A stretch of DNA of 64,000 bases from Amphiscolops sp. MND2022 (taxonomy: Eukaryota): assembly GCA_964187785.1 (NCBI GenBank), contig OZ076409.1, positions 63,118,001 to 63,182,000 of the forward strand, written 5' to 3'. The position numbers were made by a program, and so were the translations under genes. The notes beneath the pieces are model-generated. The model was given only the letters and a program-made list of their open reading frames with translations, did not search any database and was not told the origin of the DNA. Positions 26,520-38,371 of this stretch are shown here, one piece after another (position 1 is the first letter of the stretch; each line of letters starts with the position of its first letter).

Positions 26520-26922
26520 TATAAAGTTTTTAATTTTTCTTCTCTGGTACATTCTTTGATACATCTTTGGCACAATATCAAAGGTATTTTTACTTTTGCT
26601 TACTTTTTAAACTAAAATCTTCCTTCTGAATGAAATCTCAGGACTATCTTTCACGTCTAATATTCTTTCCTACAGTACATGTAAAACAGATAACTCCTTC
26701 TATCAAAAAACAAATACAATACAAGACATACAAAACAATATAGCACAACACCAAATATGATACATTCCAGCTCCAAATTTTGTTGTACATCTTTGACTTG
26801 ATATTGACATTTTTCTTACACTTCCTCTGTTTTAGAAACATCTATTCTTCTTCCTCCTCCATCCAAATTCTTTCAGAACATCCCAACTTCTCTTTCTTCG
26901 CATTCTTCCAACCCTCGTCATC

Positions 26923-27375
26923 ATGGCTCCAAATGCTGGAACAAACGATATTCTCACAATGACTTCAGAGTTTTCGAAAGGGCATAGTCTCAAAGCCGCC
27001 ATATTTCACACAATGGCATTCAAACTCTCGCTTGAAATTCACAAAAACAAAATTACGCCAAACTGTCTCATCGCTTTCTTAAAAGTACTCTACAATGTCA
27101 GGCTAATAAAGAAGAAAAAAATCACTTTTGAGCAATACTCGCGGATCCATCTTCAAGGACCTAAAATTGCCATTTGCGAAACGGCATCTAATGTTGTTTT
27201 CGTCCTAAATTCTTCCTTCACTTCAAGGGATCAGTACTTTCGTACTGCTCTCCAAGAAGCCACAGACGCTTTTAATAATATGCTGAAAGATTTCGGGTAT
27301 ACGCAAAAATTAGAACTCTATGACCCGATCCAACACCAAACTCATCCTCCATCACAAAATCCTCTCTTTCAATAA
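26923..27375 (+). CDS. Unknown accessory ORF (150 aa) inside the LTR element
   Basis: ATG-initiated ORF with a plausible globular composition; no recognised family. Confidence 0.5.
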   Translation: MAPNAGTNDILTMTSEFSKGHSLKAAIFHTMAFKLSLEIHKNKITPNCLIAFLKVLYNVRLIKKKKITFEQYSRIHLQGPKIAICETASNVVFVLNSSFTSRDQYFRTALQEATDAFNNMLKDFGYTQKLELYDPIQHQTHPPSQNPLFQ

Positions 27376-28777
27376 TCTCTATAACAAAAACTTCTACTTA
27401 CTTCTATTTCACTCTTCAACTGCATTTCGTCTCCAAATCCTTCATCTTCTTTCGATGATGCATTGAAATGTGGTTGCTGATCACTCCTCCAAAGAACTCC
27501 TACACATGCTGACACTCTTCACTCCACCCACACACGATGGTCAACAACATCCATCTACACTTTGGGTTCATCGACGTTGCCAAACTTTGTCCTCGTCACT
27601 GGTCTTCACACTCCACGATGACTTCTTGACTGGTCTTCACACCTCAAATGCTGACTTCTTGACTGGTCTTCATACTCCAATGGACTATACTCCAAATTTC
27701 AAACATTATAATCAAAACTTGAGTCAGTTTTCAAACTGAACTGTATAATCAATTTTAACCAATATAACTTGTAACTTATTTTAATCAAACTATAACTTTA
27801 ATATAGTATAGTGCTATATACCCTTATCTAATCTTTAGTGCTATATACTCTTATCTAATCTTAATCTTCTGTAATCGCATTATAATGACCCCTATATTGC
27901 AAAATCCCTTCAAAATTCTACCGATAATTATCTTGTAACCACAATATTAACTGATCCTATTGTCTTGAGTATAGTACATTGACGTAATCTTATCTAATTA
28001 TGTTGTTACATCTATAATACACTTCAAAAATATTTCTCCAATACCCATCTTTTACAGAACACAAGTCCTACCTACAGCACAAGAAATTTTCTAAGATTTT
28101 TGGACAAAAAGTTTTCTTTTACAAAATATCTTCTACACCTTTGTTTTAATCCCCAAAAGCATTCCCAAAAGTTTTCCAAATTTTTCTGTACAACTCCTAA
28201 AAAATGTCACTTCTCGTTTTCTAATGTTTGAAACTTGAAATTGCCAAAGTTTTTTTTTTCAACTTTTGCCTCTGCTCTACTCTTCACTTTCGTTGAAAAC
28301 TCTCACTCGAACCTTGACTTTTCGAAACTTCTTCACTTTTGGTTCACATACCCGCCAATGTTGGTTCACAAATCATTGACAACTTCACGCTTTAATTCTT
28401 CAACTTGAAAAGTTTTCAATGCTGACTAACTCATGTTGATGAAAGAATTTTTTCCAACAAGCCGATGGCTGATACGAAAAAGAAACATGAAATGATAAAT
28501 AGTTGTGAACAATAACTTCATAAGAACTTGTCAGTCAAAGAAACTGAAAGAACTTGAACCTTGCTTGAACCTTTTTGCACCAATTGAATCTTCTATGACG
28601 TAAGAAGTCAAATCGTCTTAGGTTGTTCTCACTCCTTAAGTATGGTACTCTACAAAACGAAACTCATGCAACCCTAGTACAACACATATGAAACAAATCC
28701 ATGCATATAACAAACTTCTAGAACTCCTCAAACCCAAAGTGCATATATGTAATTTTTATTTTAAATTCCCGGTTGAT

Positions 28778-29178
28778 TGTAATGCCATGATGCATGTCCT
28801 CAAAGATTCTATAAATCTGAAATACTCTGAACTCTTAACCAAAGCAATTAGTAAATATATTCTAATTTGGAAGCTAAGAAACTTCATTTAATATATCCTG
28901 TACCAAGCTTCCCCGATTCATCCTGTTGCTGTCACATTGTTAATTGATGAAACCTACCCTAGTTAATAGAATATATCTACTCGGAGAAATTGAGAATTCT
29001 TCCTAACAATCGGTCTTCCTCCCGCACTTCGAGAACTGAGATCTCAGAAATAGATTGTACTCAGAACTAGCTAGCTACAAGATATAAGACAAGACGACTC
29101 CGCTGTTAAAATCTTAGACTTCTTATGTCAGTAATAAAACTTCTAAAAGAAACCACCACACAACTTTTTAACAGCTCA
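28778..29178 (+). repeat. 3' LTR of Gypsy element
   Basis: tgtaatgccatg...ttaacagctca followed by the CTCA target duplication. Confidence 0.95.
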
Positions 29179-29660
29179 CTCAAAGGGTCCCCTTCTAGTT
29201 TTTCATATTTTGCAACAAATTAGATTTCAAAAACCCGAACGGTTCCCCTTTTACCTTTTTGGCACAATGAGACTGTTTCAAAATTCTTAAACGTTGTCTT
29301 AAATTAGTTTTTTTTCAATTTATACCCACAAATACTTTTTTTGAAACTATCCAAAATTTTGACGTAATATCCGGAGTAAAGCGCTATATTCGAACATTTG
29401 ACATTACATCCGAAGTATTTTGCGTTTTACTGAGGAGGAAGAGGGGTAGGATCCAAAAATAGCTCGCATTTGTCACGGTATATCCGAATTTCTGTTTTCC
29501 GAGCACGAAGGGACGGAGTGTTCAATTTTTTTCCGAGTTTTTCATGAAAACGTCCAGGGCATATTTGAAAAACTGCGCGTTTTGAAGAAGAAAGCAGAAA
29601 AACGTTTCTTCATTTTTAAGCCTTAGATATAGCGTCGACTTTAGACGTTCCCGTCTTGTT
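29179..29660 (-). repeat. HINE-like repeat, right part
   Basis: aagggtcccc motifs; family terminus gccttagatatagcgtcgactttagacgttcccgtcttgtt. Confidence 0.65.
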
Positions 29661-30734
29661 TTGTACTTTTTTGAGCGATTTTGTGGGTTAGGCATAAACA
29701 TTCAACAGCGACGGAAGACGGTGTCCAGTAGGAATTCCGAAAGACTTGCAGTTTCTTGATCAAAAAGTTCCTCAAAATGATACCCAAAGTTGTTTAAAAC
29801 ATCAATTTTTTTCATAATTCGACGTTTTCAGTTACTTTTCGGGCAAAATTACAAAAATTTGGTAGTTTAATTTCTGGTGTCCACACAGTTCGACAACAAA
29901 ACAATAAGGTATTTATCGTGTTCTTGAAGTAAATGTTTCCTTTCAAAATGCGATGACGTTATTAAAAAGTGTCAAAACTTTTTTCTTCCAACTTGTATTC
30001 ATTTTCATGGTGCACGCGTTACTCTTAAGCTTCAAAATTTTGTCGTTGCTAGAACAGTTTGAACCTATAGTATCCTGCTGGTCAGTGGGCATCTTGTTTT
30101 GAAACCGAAACTCCATCGAGAATGTTTCGCACTATTTATTTTCCCAAATTCTGTTATCTACTCTACATTCATACTGATATGGATGAAAATTAACAGTTTC
30201 GTGAGAATATATTGAATCAAATTAATCCGTGGACAGTGAACAGTGATGTCGAATTCACCCAGTGGTGAAACATTGCGTTAAAGACAATTAAATTGTCTAT
30301 GTTATTACCTGATCGGTTAACCAATTAGGCTCAATGTTAATTGATCAATACGCACTGTGGATAGGCAATAAATATGATACAAAGTTAAGAAAACGGTAAT
30401 TCGGGAAATATCAACAGCTCCAAATTGCAAATTTTCAACTTTTTTTCACACTTTTCAATTTTTTCGTTGAACATTCCTCACATTCTCCAATTCCAAATTA
30501 CGCTTTAGTGGGAGTTTTCAGGAACTTCGGAGGTAATTATTGATCAATATTCAGTTACGTTTGTTGTTCTGTTCTTCCAAAAAGAAGAAAACCTCTTTCC
30601 CCAATTCCGCGGGGTGGACGCTGAAGAAGTAGCTCTGCTTTTCTAAGTCTGCGTCCTTTCGGATACTATCTCCCCATAACAATCTATAGCACCAGCCTAG
30701 ATGTCAAGCAACAGTGAGCTTGAAGTTATGGTTT

Positions 30735-30946
30735 CAAAGTGACTTGCTCGAGGTCACAAAGGTCTGACTACTCACCGTCGTTTTTTTGTTTCGTTTTTAT
30801 CGCCCAATTGTGTTTTTTTTGTCATTGACTACTAAAGTGGGGACTAAGGACTTGCTAAAGGCCTCATAATGGTGAGATGAGAGAGATTCGAACCTGATAC
30901 CGCCCCAGTAAACGCCGAATACTCTACCCACTACACCATGCTCCCC
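30735..30946 (-). repeat. tRNA-derived SINE-like element
   Basis: On the minus strand: A-box TGGTGTAGTGG (30928-30938), B-box GGTTCGAATC (30885-30894), 77-nt head ending TCACCA, then TGTGACCTCGAGCAAGTCACTT, which resembles the CORE-SINE motif. Acceptor stem is poor, so not a functional tRNA. Confidence 0.55.
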
Positions 30947-30991
30947 TTGCATCCCAAAAATCTATTTAACTGATTCGGTGAAAAGCATTTT

Positions 30992-31764
30992 TGTAACGGC
31001 AAGCAGTTATCGGTCGCTTAACGCGTTAACAGAGGTGGAGGAACCTGCAGGAATGGGTGAATCGCTCGGAACAGGCGCCCATCGCCACAGATCCATTTTG
31101 CCTCCAGGGGTGAAATACGTCCCGGGGCCGCGGGTGCTTCGACGAATACTGTCCAACCGGTCCTAGTCTTTGATTGCTAATAGTAACGGGCATCTTTCTG
31201 ACTCTCTAAAGACCACCGCTTAACTAGCATATAAAAACAATGCCAAGAATAAGGTAAATTTCCAGTTCCAGGGTGACATGTGAATAAGATCTAAAATTGG
31301 GGAATAAGATCTAAACTAGCGCTAGCGCTACTGAATACAGCCAAAATCACTGAAAATACATGAAAACAGGCACGAATATGGCAAACCACACAGCTAAAAA
31401 GCTGGGGCGCAGGGGCTCCAAGCACCAAACAAGGATCTTTAGGCGAAAAGACTCATTTTTACGGTTTCCGCTACATAGGGTAGGATAATGCTGAAAATCG
31501 ATAAAACCGGTGTTAGCACCTCAAAAAGAGTCTATTTTTGGATGTTCTTGCCGTCTCTGGCTTCTGTCATGGCGGCGCGCCCGTGTTTTTGCTCGTTCTT
31601 GCTCTTTGTTGTCGAAGTACCTGCCAATTTCGTGGAAACAGCGAAAAGAGCAATCACATGCTCAGTGCCACGTCACACATCGAATTAGAATTTTTGACAA
31701 AATTTCTGAACATGTCAAAGTTGCAAAATCGGTTGATATTGCTGTACCAGAGCTTGCCGTTACA
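30992..31764 (-). repeat. 3' LTR of non-autonomous element
   Basis: 4 substitutions versus 37599-38371 by eye; preceded on the minus strand by purine-rich GGGGAGTGA (31765-31773). Confidence 0.92.
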
Positions 31765-32765
31765 TCACTCCCCGGGCTTTATGCATGACGTCCCTGTCAT
31801 GCGGAGAGGCTGGCATTGAATACATCGCCACATCATGAGTGCAATCCACGGGGGTCTCAAACTGGTGATGTTGCAACGGTCCAGTGACACTGTCATCTTT
31901 TGCTGATTGGGCAACCATGAGGTCTTGCTTCTTGCCATCCAGAGAACCTGCATCGTCCAGAAACTGTTGAAAAGAGCTAGCTCGAGAGCTAGAAAACCAG
32001 TACTCAAAATGCACCTTGAAATTGATCAAATCCAAGATTCCATACATCAATCAAAAAAGCACCACTTTTTTAGCACGAGTTTTCTGCAAAAGTCTGAATG
32101 GGATCCTGCTAGCACTTTGGTTTTTGGACGTCTAAAATTTCTTTTACGGAGCGCTCACGCTCCAAAGCGCACGTGGTTTTCAGGAAAAACATCTTTTCCA
32201 CGGCAATAAAACTTCAGTTTGCAGCACAGTTAAAAGTTCTTTTCGCTAAAACTTCTTTTCAGTGGAAAACCACTGTTTAAAAGGAAAACAAGCTGTTTCT
32301 TCGATACTTTTTTTACAGTTCGGCTTGGTTTGGGCAACACGCACTGATGTGCAGCTCCATACCTGTGTAGAGTTCAGTAGCATCTGTCAAGGAGCGCATC
32401 AGAAGCAAACTACGAACTGCTCATAAGCATAAGCGCTGGAGTAAAGCAGACAAAGGTAGATCAAATCTTGCCATTTGCAGATCAGGAGCGCGCGCGCTCC
32501 TTATTTTTCCGGATATCACGTTGGAATCTGGAGGAAACTTCTGGAAATCTTGGAAAAGAAAAACAAAAATAGCACCTTTCGGGCGCAGCAATACATGTAG
32601 AGTTTTTGGGTTATTTATTGAATTAACAGAAGTATTTGAATTCAAACATCTCAAATAAAACTAAAACAAAAATGTCGCGACGTACGTTTACATGACTACT
32701 AAAATTACGAAACAAAGTTGCAGAAAAAACTGCTCCAACAAAAACATCACGCTGCAAGGTATCCA

Positions 32766-33740
32766 TTACCAAACGTAGTGATATCCTCCGGGCGTTATCC
32801 AATTGAGTTGATGAGTGTAGGGGTGTTTGTCTTCAAATGGGGCTCCCGGGGCCTTAGTTGACTCCCCGGGCCTTAGTCGTTGAGCACCCTCTTTCACATG
32901 AGGACAAAATTGAATGCCTGACATAAAAATGCAGCAGGAAAGATTAAGCGTTGACGACACCTCCTCCCCCTTTGAAAAGAAGTGGAGTGTGGTTTGGACT
33001 GGATAGACATCACCATCCAATAGCAGCAGGACATGCAACAAGCATGAAGCATCAGGAAATCCGATAAAGAAAATCTTGGAGACTGGGTCTGTCCCAAGAC
33101 TGGAATAGTTGTTCGGAGGACGGCCACGCCTATGTCCCTTCGGTCGAAGCGACCATGGTAGAACTTGGCGTGGTGGACGGCCACGGCGACGTCCATCGTA
33201 AAGGGACAAGAGAACTTTTTTCCATGAGTGCTCACAGTCTGTGCGGGGTGGTCGACCACGTCTATGACCAGTTGGTCGAGTTTTAGCTGAACCACCAGGC
33301 AACCAATTGATGAAGACTGGCGGGTCCACCTGAATAAAATCCTGTAGCACACGTTTAGCAGAATGTGGCTCAAAGGAGTCTTTCCGCAAATTCGGCAGCA
33401 ACTTCGTAGTTGATGTTAGGGACTTTGTTCCAGGGAAGTGAGAGTTGCTTACAGAATCTTGCGATAAGGAAGTGGAGGGTGAGATTGATATTCGTTCATT
33501 CTTCGTATCACTTGAGTGGAGGTTGCGCTCGCGCAACCCATTATCACCGGCGTGATATTCAGCCAAAGTCTCAGCAATACACAAAGCAATACATATGGTT
33601 GTGGTGTCCAAAGATATTGGGTCCACCCCCATGTCTTTTGTTGGCGGTGTCAATGGTTCTGATTCGACAGCGTCTGAAATATTGATCTGCATTTGTGCTA
33701 GCGCTCGCGCTATCGCTCGCGTAGCAGTTTCTCCTGGCAA
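32766..33740 (-). CDS. Hypothetical protein with three AT-hook-like (RRGRPP) motifs
   Basis: 324-codon frame on the element's sense strand containing GHRRGRPPR, GRRRGRPPR and GHRRGRPPN; start codon is non-ATG and uncertain. Confidence 0.5.
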   Translation of the reverse strand: MPGETATRAIARALAQMQINISDAVESEPLTPPTKDMGVDPISLDTTTICIALCIAETLAEYHAGDNGLRERNLHSSDTKNERISISPSTSLSQDSVSNSHFPGTKSLTSTTKLLPNLRKDSFEPHSAKRVLQDFIQVDPPVFINWLPGGSAKTRPTGHRRGRPPRTDCEHSWKKVLLSLYDGRRRGRPPRQVLPWSLRPKGHRRGRPPNNYSSLGTDPVSKIFFIGFPDASCLLHVLLLLDGDVYPVQTTLHFFSKGEEVSSTLNLSCCIFMSGIQFCPHVKEGAQRLRPGESTKAPGAPFEDKHPYTHQLNWITPGGYHYVW

Positions 33741-36700
33741 AGCGTGCTTTGTTCCAAAAAGTCTGATATCTCATCCACATAGAGTCCCGTAGTCGAGAGT
33801 GCGTCCCAGGCACGCAACGCTGCTGACTTGAGCTGTTCAGAATCAAACTTCGAAGTCCCATAGGAGTCCATAATTTATGACCCCTGCCGGCAATTTTTTT
33901 TAACCGTGGGATTTGCCTCGTTTGCACCCAGGAAGGTCTACTGGGCCCCTTCCGTTGAAAAATGAAGGCTTTTTGTGTCCGCCTCTTGTACAGCGGAAGT
34001 ATTGAGGATTTACAATGATAGTTTTTTGATGGATTCTTGGGATTTTCGTTCAAAACGTGTGTCTGAACAGAGTCAAATTCAGTTTTATTATTCGTGCTGG
34101 GTAAAAAATGACACAGCACAATTTGTCAGCTACACAAGTCAGAAAAACAACTTTCCGTAGCTGATAATTGCCTCCAGCTCCAAGCTAGAGCCGTTTTCAA
34201 CGAATTTTTGATTTTTCAACTTTTTTGAAAATCACTCAGATGGCTTTTACAAGTGCTGGAAACGTGGTATGGGGCTCAAAATTGGTCACGCGATCACACG
34301 TATAGCCAGCTACACTACAGTAACAACCAATGAAAATTCAGACCACTGGGCAAGATTTAGATCTGATACTGACGTTCCGTATCACCGTGTCTCGATTGAC
34401 ACGATTTTTCACATGCAATCAAAGACTCTCGTCCACAGTGCTGAGCTCTCGAGCTCACTTTTTCAGCAACGGTGCACCAAATGACACTAATAAGAATAGT
34501 CCAGGGCAATGTAATCCCAACTTCCCAATAAGGTGCGCCGACAATTCCGAAAAAATGGTCCAACTCGTTACAATACACAGGATATCACAACTTCAAGTAA
34601 CAAAATGCTATGATCCAGCAAGGCAGCCCACTCGATACTGATCAAACATTACACGCACAGCAATGAACGAACTTCTGGAAGTTCAAACTAGGGATTTCTA
34701 CAGGTTTCCAACACGTAGAAATGACTTTTTTCTCACTTTCCCAGTTTTCGTCTCGGTGAAACCTTAAACTGATACAATGACCATGCACGTCCAGGAAGAG
34801 TCAAAACTAGTTCCAAGGGTCGGAGTGTGCTGAAACGTATACAGCACTTCCGGATTGATGTACTGACCTAAAAATGAGTCCAGAATCGGGGTATTAGGAT
34901 CCAGTCACAGGTCAGAGGTTTTCCAGATGTTTGTTGGGTTTTTCAGCTTCACTTGAAAAAAAACTCCAGAGGCTAGCGCTAACGCTAGAAACGCAGGATC
35001 GGCTTCAAAATCAACCACACAATCCCACGTAAGTTGAGATACACGGGAATAATAGCTGATTTGTGCTGAGATGACTAGGTGAAATTTCAACACAGTACAG
35101 ACGTTCGGTATCACCGTGTTCCATTATGCAGTGTTCTTCACGTGTCAGAGTAGTGAAATAGACGGTGGTAGGCTTGCAGGGGGTCTTCTCAAGGATTTGG
35201 ACCTTTGCTCGTCTCGGTGAGGACTTGAGAAAATTGATGTTTTTTCAACGTCCAAGACTTCTCAAAACACGTTCTAAGGCTCGTAGGCTGTTCAAACTTG
35301 CACAACGCTTTCCCACAAGCTCACTGGGCCAGAAAATCAACCTGGTCTAGGGCAAAAAGTCTCCAGTCACCTACAGGAAGAATTTCAAAGAATTTTTGGA
35401 TTTTCCAAAAATCGCACCACAACACTCAAGAGGCTCGTGTGTGTGCTGGAAGCGCCGTATCAAGCCCAAAATTGACCAGCAGATCTTAGCTACACGTAGG
35501 TTTACGAAAATGAACACAGTTTTGAGCTGCGCCCCTTCTACACAGTTTCACCTAGGTACAGACGTGCGGTATCACTATGTACCGAAATGCACTGTTTCTA
35601 ACGTCTTTTTCAAGATTGCGGTCCACTGGAAGGAGCTAGCCAGCTCAAAATCTCTGCAGCAACGTAGGAACTAGCACAGGTTACGATGATGGGCTGCAAT
35701 ATAGCCCCACCCGTCGGCTAAGGTACCCGGGTTTTTTGGAAAAATTAAGAAAAAACTGCCTTTTTGCGCACTTTTTTGGGCACCGCGTTTTTCCTATTTT
35801 CTCAACAAGTATCACACAAATCGGCACCAAACTTGGTAGTTTATGCCAGTGGGCACCTACAGTGCCACTAAAAGGGTCGAATTGAAGCGCGAGCGCTTAT
35901 TTAAGGTTTCGATTCCTTATGGACGTTACACGCGAAAAAACACTGTTTTTGACGACTTTTTTTACAAATTGACCAAGAGGATCACCTCAGAAAGTGATAC
36001 GGCGGTCAAAATGGGACCAACGTGTTGCCCCACTATCCGTAGCACTGGGATAAACCCTCAATTGGTGGTGCCCACTAGGTGTAAGGCACTGACAGTCTTG
36101 CAGTTTTGGATTTTTTCGGTCCTTTTACGGTTCTCTGAAGTCGAAACGTCAGAGAGCTTTTCTCGACTTTGGTGAGCGATACGCCCACTAAATTTTCGGC
36201 ACCAACGTTAATTTTTGTGGTGGTTACGAAAATGCAACCACTTTGTGGCTAGGGTTCAGAAATCGATGATCCGACCCTAGCTCAGAGACAGTCCGGTTTT
36301 GTGGAAAATTGATCAAATTCAGTGCTTTTTTCCACTTTCCTCAGCACTGAATGGGAGTTTTTACACGCGGTTTTCACCACCACGCGTTATTTTTACTATA
36401 AAAACAGAAAATGAGAGCGCGCGGGCTCCCAGGTCTCGAAAACACTGAGTGCCCCATAGGTTTTAATGATGCACTCTGGCACTCCTGAAACTGGCCAAAA
36501 ATCAAGGTTTTTCGACCTGTTCTCACCAAGAAAACGTTACAAACTCTCTTAAATCCTATTTTCGGTACTGTGGAGTGTGCCCCAAACTAATAGCAGCACG
36601 GAAGAGGCAATTACATCACAATCCAGCACTCTCCCAGTGGCATTTCGTAGTGGTTTTTTGCCAATTTCGCCAAAAACCGGGTTTTTTCATGCCAAATGTG

Positions 36701-37564
36701 TCTCAAAAAGGACTCCAACGGCCTTTCTGGTTGTCGTTACATTATGTAGCATAACCCTCGAGGTTTTGGGCTGCTTTCTATTCATTTTTGCAACTGCTGT
36801 GGCTAATACTTCGAGCGCTCGCGCTCGTACCAAGAAAAGTACTCAAAAATGCCAAAAATCACGTTTTTGCGACTTTTGCACTAAAAATCGCACTTTTTTC
36901 ACTGAAAACGGGTGCAAAAGCAACACTTAGTTGCAACAGGGTAAAACTACAATACACAATCTAAAAATTTTTTCATACCATACTCCGAAAAACTGATACT
37001 TCTGAAATGAGGGGTGGTACTTTCGTCGTCTTTTTTCTCAACACCCAGACCAGCTAGAGAGAAACAGTTTGGACCGTCGGCAACGTCAGCACTTGTTCTA
37101 CCTTTCCACCAAAAACCATCCCTCTAGCACGTCTCCACGAGAAATGGGAAAGGAGAGTCGGGAACACTCGTTTCAGCTCATCTATCAGTCGGATGGAATA
37201 TGGTTCAACCATCAACTTCACCTCTCGTACATAGCCAAAAACGCTGAAATGAGCTGTAAAACACCTGTTATAACATGCGTAACGGCTTTCTAGCGGTTCG
37301 CTAAGCCATTACAAAGGTACCCGCTGATGGGAACGTGCAATTTTAGACGATACCTGTCAACAAATACCTGTTATCAAAACATACCATAGGTATTCGGAAA
37401 ATCCCCCGAACTACAGGAAAAATACCAAAATATAATGTCATATCATCTAAAAAATTTGGAAAAACTCTGGGTAAACGTCTCCTTCCAGAGTCCAATCGCT
37501 CTTGGCGTCCAATACCAGGGGGTCGGAAATTTCAAAACCATATAATAGGGCAGTAATCGGAAGC

Positions 37565-37583
37565 GATCCCTCTGTGGTCGCCA
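37565..37583 (-). promoter_or_regulatory. Primer-binding site, tRNA-Arg-like
   Basis: Minus strand TGGCGACCACAGAGGGATC resembles the complement of the eukaryotic tRNA-Arg 3' end (...GTGGTCGCCA); lies 15 nt inside the LTR boundary. Confidence 0.7.
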
Positions 37584-37598
37584 AAAAATGAGGTCTCA

Positions 37599-38371
37599 TG
37601 TAACGGCAAGCAGTTATCGGTCGCTTAACGCGTTAACAGAGGTGGAGGAACCTGCAGGAATGGGTGAATCGCTCGGGACAGGCGCCCATCGCCTCAGATC
37701 CTTTTTGCCTCCAGGGGTGAAATACGTCCCGGGGCCGCGGGTGCTTCGACGAATACTGTCCAACCGGTCCTAGTCTTTGATTGCTAATAGTAACGGGCAT
37801 CTTTCTGACTCTCTAAAGACCACCGCTTAACTAGCATATAAAAACAATGCCAAGAATAAGGTAAATTTCCAGTTCCAGGGTGACATGTGAATAAGATCTA
37901 AAATTGGGGAATAAGATCTAAACTAGCGCTAGCGCTACTGAATACAGCCAAAATCACTGAAAATACATGAAAACAGGCACGAATATGGCAAACCACACAG
38001 CTAAAAAGCTGGGGCGCAGGGGCTCCAAGCACCAAACAAGGATCTTTAGGCGAAAAGACTCATTTTTACGGTTTCCGCTACATAGGGTAGGATAATGCTG
38101 AAAATCGATAAAACCGGTGTTAGCACCTCAAAAAGAGTCTATTTTCGGATGTTCTTGCCGTCTCTGGCTTCTGTCATGGCGGCGCGCCCGTGTTTTTGCT
38201 CGTTCTTGCTCTTTGTTGTCGAAGTACCTGCCAATTTCGTGGAAACAGCGAAAAGAGCAATCACATGCTCAGTGCCACGTCACACATCGAATTAGAATTT
38301 TTGACAAAATTTCTGAACATGTCAAAGTTGCAAAATCGGTTGATATTGCTGTACCAGAGCTTGCCGTTACA
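37599..38371 (-). repeat. 5' LTR of non-autonomous element
   Basis: Direct repeat of 30992-31764. Confidence 0.92.

Larger units (their letters stand above)
11431..29178 (+). mobile_element. Giant (17,748 bp) Ty3/Gypsy-type LTR retroelement with env-like and accessory ORFs; defective copy
   Basis: Two 401-bp TG...CA LTRs, 4-bp target duplication CTCA (11427-11430 and 29179-29182), domain order gag-PR-RT-RH-IN, then a glycoprotein ORF. Confidence 0.95.
30992..38371 (-). mobile_element. Non-autonomous LTR element (LARD-like), 7,380 bp, no gag/pol detected
   Basis: 773-bp direct repeats, each bounded by the 13-bp inverted repeat TGTAACGGCAAGC/GCTTGCCGTTACA. PBS and PPT both read on the minus strand. 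Target duplication imperfect (TTTT/TTTA). Confidence 0.88.

Noticed and set aside
27595..27865. Short tandem duplications (33-bp TGACTTCTTGACTGGTCTTCA unit; TAGTGCTATATAC.CTTATCTAATCT x2) in the 3' UTR of the Gypsy element
   Set aside because: Ordinary slippage-type duplications, common in retroelement UTRs; no evidence of function.
30870..30946. Functional tRNA gene
   Set aside because: A/B boxes are present but acceptor and anticodon stems pair poorly; treated as a SINE head.
30978..31819. Duplicated small ORFs (also 37588-38485)
   Set aside because: Incidental frames within the two LTR copies.
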